Part shown: positions 59,969 to 64,000 of the stretch, piece by piece
How the letters are laid out: the number at the start of each line of letters is the position of its first letter
Position numbering within the stretch: position 1 is the first letter of the stretch
Assembly (NCBI GenBank): GCA_010909165.1
Contig: VJWM01000272.1
Span: 1 to 64,000 of the forward strand
DNA length: 64,000 nt
Source: Anthoceros angustus
Lineage: Eukaryota; Plantae; Anthocerotophyta
Direction of reading: 5' to 3'
Notes under the pieces: generated by a model
Databases searched by the model: none
What the model was told of the DNA's origin: nothing
Seen by the model: only the letters and a program-made list of their open reading frames with translations
Program-made: the position numbers and the translations under genes

Positions 59969-62900
59969 TGTGGTGCGACTTTCGCTAATGGTCGATTAGG
60001 CGCGCACAATCCGTGTCGTTGTAGTAAGGAGTCCGTTCCCAAGGGAATGATAGGCTCCGTTCGCGTTCAATCAATTCTCGCCTCCCTGCGTCCGTTCGGA
60101 CTCAATACACACAAGCATTAGTTTACGCCTATCTATTCGCAACGTTCACCGTACAGGCCCGGTGTGGCCAAATGTTTAAGGACCCGTTCGCGTCCGTATC
60201 GTTCTCGTTCGTCAAACGTTCCTCTAGTCCGTTCCTCTCACTACTCTCACTACACTCGTCGTCTCTTGGGAAGAAACGTGGGTGACTGCGCAGTTCGGAC
60301 CTCCTCCGTCGTTCTACCAGGCCTCTCCGTCCGGGCTCTACACGCCCTCCCGAAGTCCCTCTGGCTCACTCGTTCCAGTCCTTGGCTGACTCACGGCAGC
60401 AAGGGTCTGTGTCACTCTTCCCTACACACACCACCACACGTTAGGGTCCGTCACCAGGACCGGGATCAGTCTCTCCGGGGCTGTCGTGCCTGCTCAGTGA
60501 CTCAGGCCTCACGTTAGCAAGAAGACTCACAAGGGTCTGCAAGAAAACGCGGCTTCTACCCCAAGAGAAAGATGATTTATTCCGAGCAGCCTCGGCCCTC
60601 TTATACTACGCCCAAGTCGGCGTCTTTATTACACCTATTACGGTGGTGGCCAGCTCACTCGCTAATCGGCCGCCTACCATCCTATTCCTCCTCCTATCTC
60701 CTTCGTCGGTGGTGGGTGGGAAGGTCCCGGGTTCCGCCTCGGGGGTGGTCCAATCTCCGTCACGGCGGTTGCGCACCCAATCGGATGATCCGCGGGACCC
60801 CTTCCTCTTCCGAAATCACATCGGGTTGGGCTCGAGTCTCCTGCGGTCTTCCATCTCCTTGGCATGGCCGCCCGTTATCACAACGTCGTCCCCCCCTGGC
60901 CCCCCAGTGGGTCCCCTTCCGGTAGGGCCACCGACTGTCTGCTCCCCCAGCGTAAGTCGGAGGGGGCTCCTCCTTACTTCCTGAGTCCGGACCTCGAGGT
61001 CCGGTCTCGACTCCAAGTCGAACTTGAGTCATCTTATTCTGAGTCGGTCCAGGGTCCGGTCTCATCTCGGGGTTCGGACCTCGGGGTCGAACTTATTCTG
61101 AGTCCGGTCCCAAGCTCGGACCCTTGTTGCGGACCTCTTCTTAGGTCCTCATCCCTTCCACCGACCCTTGTCTTGGGTCGGTTTGGCTCCTCCTTCCACT
61201 TTCCCTTGGACCGCCGCCTCTATCTTCCGGCGGTTGCAGCGGACTTACCACAGGATTCGTTGTATTGGCGCGTCTGCTCCTCCCGAGGCTCTTCTCCCCG
61301 TCGTCTCCAAACAGGCCACTAGGGTCCCTGTCTCTCCATGCCCTTCATCTCCTTGAGCCTTCCAGGGTCCGTCACGGCGGTTGCGGGCTTGCCTTAAGGA
61401 GCTCGGCGTGGTAATAGGCAAAGTCTGAATCAACTTGAATTGCCTCTTCCACGTGTGCGAACACCGATACTCCTTCGCCATAGGTGCTCAGGAGCATCTT
61501 TGCCGGTTTGTTGAACCACCTCCCTGCCGGTTTGGCCGGGCCGGGCGCATCACGCGAGGCTACAAGGGAAGCCTCGGTCACCTCCCTGCGTCCGGTGCTC
61601 TCGCTTCCCGTTCATTCGGCGTTAGCTCGCCATCTCCTTGGCCTCGGCTTTCACCGCCATAACGCAGCGTTCCCCTTCCGCCTTCCTTAACTGGACCAGC
61701 AGCTTCTTTTCTGCGTCCAGTGCTCTCGCTTCCCCGTTCATTCTGGCCGTTAGCTCTGCCATCTCCCTCTCCAGGCGATCGGGCAACTCTGCGGTGCGGG
61801 CTTCGCCAGTCCTTCTCCATTTGGCGTCACGCTCCTGTTCCATCGCCTTACTTCCTCCACCCGACAACAGGGCTGGAGCCGCTCTATTTCTCGTTCGTGA
61901 TCCGAGATCACGCCATTCCGTTTCTCAATTGTAACTGGGCTCTCCGGACCTCGAGGTCTCCTGCGGTCTTCCATCTCCTGCCGCTGTTGCTCAACCTCAC
62001 GCAATTGAGCCCGGAGATCCCCTATCTCCTTGTCGTGGGCTGCTTCTCCTTGGCATGGCCGCCGCCTCCTCCCGAGGCTCTTCTCCCCGCCTCCGCCTTC
62101 AAGCTGGCCTCGGCTTTTCCGGCCGTCTCCCTCCACCGGTTTCGATCACGCCGATAGTGATCCCGGTCGATCTTAGACTTCGCCTCCTCGCCTCCGCCTT
62201 CACAGGCCGCCTCCTGCAGGTCTTGGTCGGTCGGCCGCCTCCGCGGTCGCGAGCCTTCTCTGCTTGCGCTCGGGCCTCCTCCGACTCTTTCTGCGCTACC
62301 CCTCTCCTCCTGCAGAGGTCTTGACCAGCAGCCTCCTGCACCTTGGTGCTCCTCCGGTGAAGAAACTTAGTCCGTCTGTCGAATGGACTAGACTTCTCTT
62401 CGGCCTCCGGCGCTTCCCCTCTTGATGCGGCCGAGCTTCCTTCCTTCGCCTCTGGGCCGCCTCAATGCTCTGGAGGAGCACCATGCGCCTCCTTGTGGCT
62501 TCTACCTCACAGGTCTTCTCCATGATTCCACAGGTCCCTAGAGCATACCGTCCATGGCAGTGGCACCCGCCGTGTTTCTTCCACGGCCGCCAGTGAGACC
62601 CCAGAAAGTCCGTAGTGGGAGGCGGGCATCTCACGGTCCGCCAAGGTCCATCGCTGGGATCCTCCCGAGTCCGGACTGGGCTCTCGGACCTAATCGGGAC
62701 CCTTAGGTCACAGTGGTGAGGTCGAGCTTCACCCTCTTGGCCCTTTTGGCGCGAGCTCCTTTGCCTCTTTCTCCGGGGCTCGGAGGAGGTGAGGGGTCAG
62801 GAGCTAGCCCTTTTGCCCCTTCCCGCCTTGAGGGGCTGCGGGACTCGCCCTCTTCCCAGTCCGCCCTCTTCCTCCTTTGGGCGGTTGTAGGCCGCCTCCG

Positions 62901-64000
62901 CCTCCTTGCGCCTCTTGACCTCTTGCCACTCAGGTGGGTAGGGGTAAGGCAGCACCGTCAGGGTCTTTGCGTTGGTAGCGGTCTTGCGCCTCTTGACTCC
63001 CGAGTCCGGACCTCCTGCTGCGTTGATTGCTCGGAGGAGCACCATGCGCCTCCTTGTTGGCCGCCAACTCTCGCTCGTCGCTCCCTCCTGCTGCGTTGAT
63101 TGCTCGGAGGCACGGGAGAAGGGAAGCGGGATATCTTCCCATACTTCCCTAGGTGGTGAGGGGTCCGCTCGACGTATGGAGTCAGGAATCCTCCCAATCG
63201 TCCTCCTCCGAGTCCGTTTGGCCTTGGGGGTGGCCCCACCTCGGGTGCCCTTGCAGCTCGCTACGGCAAGGCCTCGGTCTTACGCCGCCGCTCGATCTCC
63301 CTCCACCGGTTTCGATCACGCGATAGTGATCCGAGATCACGCCTGTAGATTCCGTTCTCAATTGTAACTTGGGCTGCGGGACTCGCCCTCCTTGCGGTCT
63401 TCCATCTCCGCGTTGCTCAACCTCACGCAATTGAGCCGGAGATCCCTATCTCCTTGTCGTGGGCTGCTTCTCCTTGGCATGGCCGCCCGCCTCCTCGCCT
63501 TCTTCTCGCCTCTGGGCGCCTCGGCTTTTCCGTCTCCCTCCACCGGTTCGATCACGCGATAGTGATCCCGGTCGATCTTAGCGGCTTCGCCTCCTCGCCT
63601 TCACAGGCCGCCCGCCTCTTCCTCCTTTGGGCGGTTGTAGGCCGCCTCCGGTCGCGAGCCTTCTGCTTGCGCTCGGGCCTCCTCCGACTCTTCTGCGCTA
63701 CCCCTCTCCTCCTGCAGGTCTTGACCCGCCTCCTTGCGCCTCTTCCTCCTTTGGGCGGTTGTAGGCCGCCTCCGGTGAAGAAACTTAGTCCGTCTGTCGA
63801 ATGGACTAGACTTCTCTTCGGCCTCCGGCGCTTCCCCTCTTGATGCGGCCGAGCTTCTTCTCGCCTCTGGGCGCCTCCATGCTCACGGAGGAGCACCATG
63901 CGCCTCCTTGTGGCTTCTACCTCACAGGTCTTCTCCATGATTCCAGGTCCCTAGAGCATACCGTCCATGGCAGTGGCGAGCACCCGCCGTGTTTCTTCCA
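59969..64000 (-). mobile_element. Probable LTR retrotransposon (3' LTR ~59969-60880 plus GC-rich internal region, Ty3/gypsy-like)
   Basis: Abrupt start with TG at 59969 inside a COR exon. The minus strand has TATAAGAGGG followed by AATAAA (~60575-60607), and fragmented coiled-coil/low-complexity ORFs. No RT or integrase lies in the window, so the class is inferred. Confidence 0.6.
61890..64000. repeat. ~1.43-kb-spaced imperfect direct repeat inside the retroelement region
   Basis: ctcaattgtaac...ttggcatggccgc occurs at 61925 and 63357. gtggcttctacctcacaggtcttctccatgattcca occurs at ~62495 and ~63910. Confidence 0.85.

Overview
This is eukaryotic nuclear DNA from a land plant. PLS-class PPR genes, 84-160 nt introns and GC-rich exons suggest a non-seed plant (hornwort, lycophyte or fern; inference). 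The window is dominated by a rearranged cluster of TORNADO1-like ROCO genes on the + strand. Two copies are near-complete (A 6376-18617, C 30469-41870) and several are partial. Each is built from 2-5 intronless ~1.31-kb RNI-like LRR super-modules, a divergent LRR module, a Roc GTPase and a COR domain. The main surprise lies directly after COR in three copies: a domain with the motifs of animal-type caspases rather than plant metacaspases (R-x-G-x-x-x-D, C-I-N-A-H-G, KPKVFLINACR, S-F-R-x-x-x-x-G-T, S-T-L-T-K-K-L). This suggests an LRR-Roc-COR-caspase receptor-protease. Also present are a truncated lipoxygenase, two PPR genes in several copies, a hydroxypyruvate-reductase-like 5' fragment, a 2.1-kb insertion and an LTR retrotransposon end. 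Caveat: single-base losses in homopolymers are everywhere, even in conserved LOX exons, and many junctions are microhomology jumps. Reading frames, copy numbers and fusions may therefore partly reflect long-read error or misassembly and need read-level checks. Reference protein motifs are quoted from memory, not from a search.
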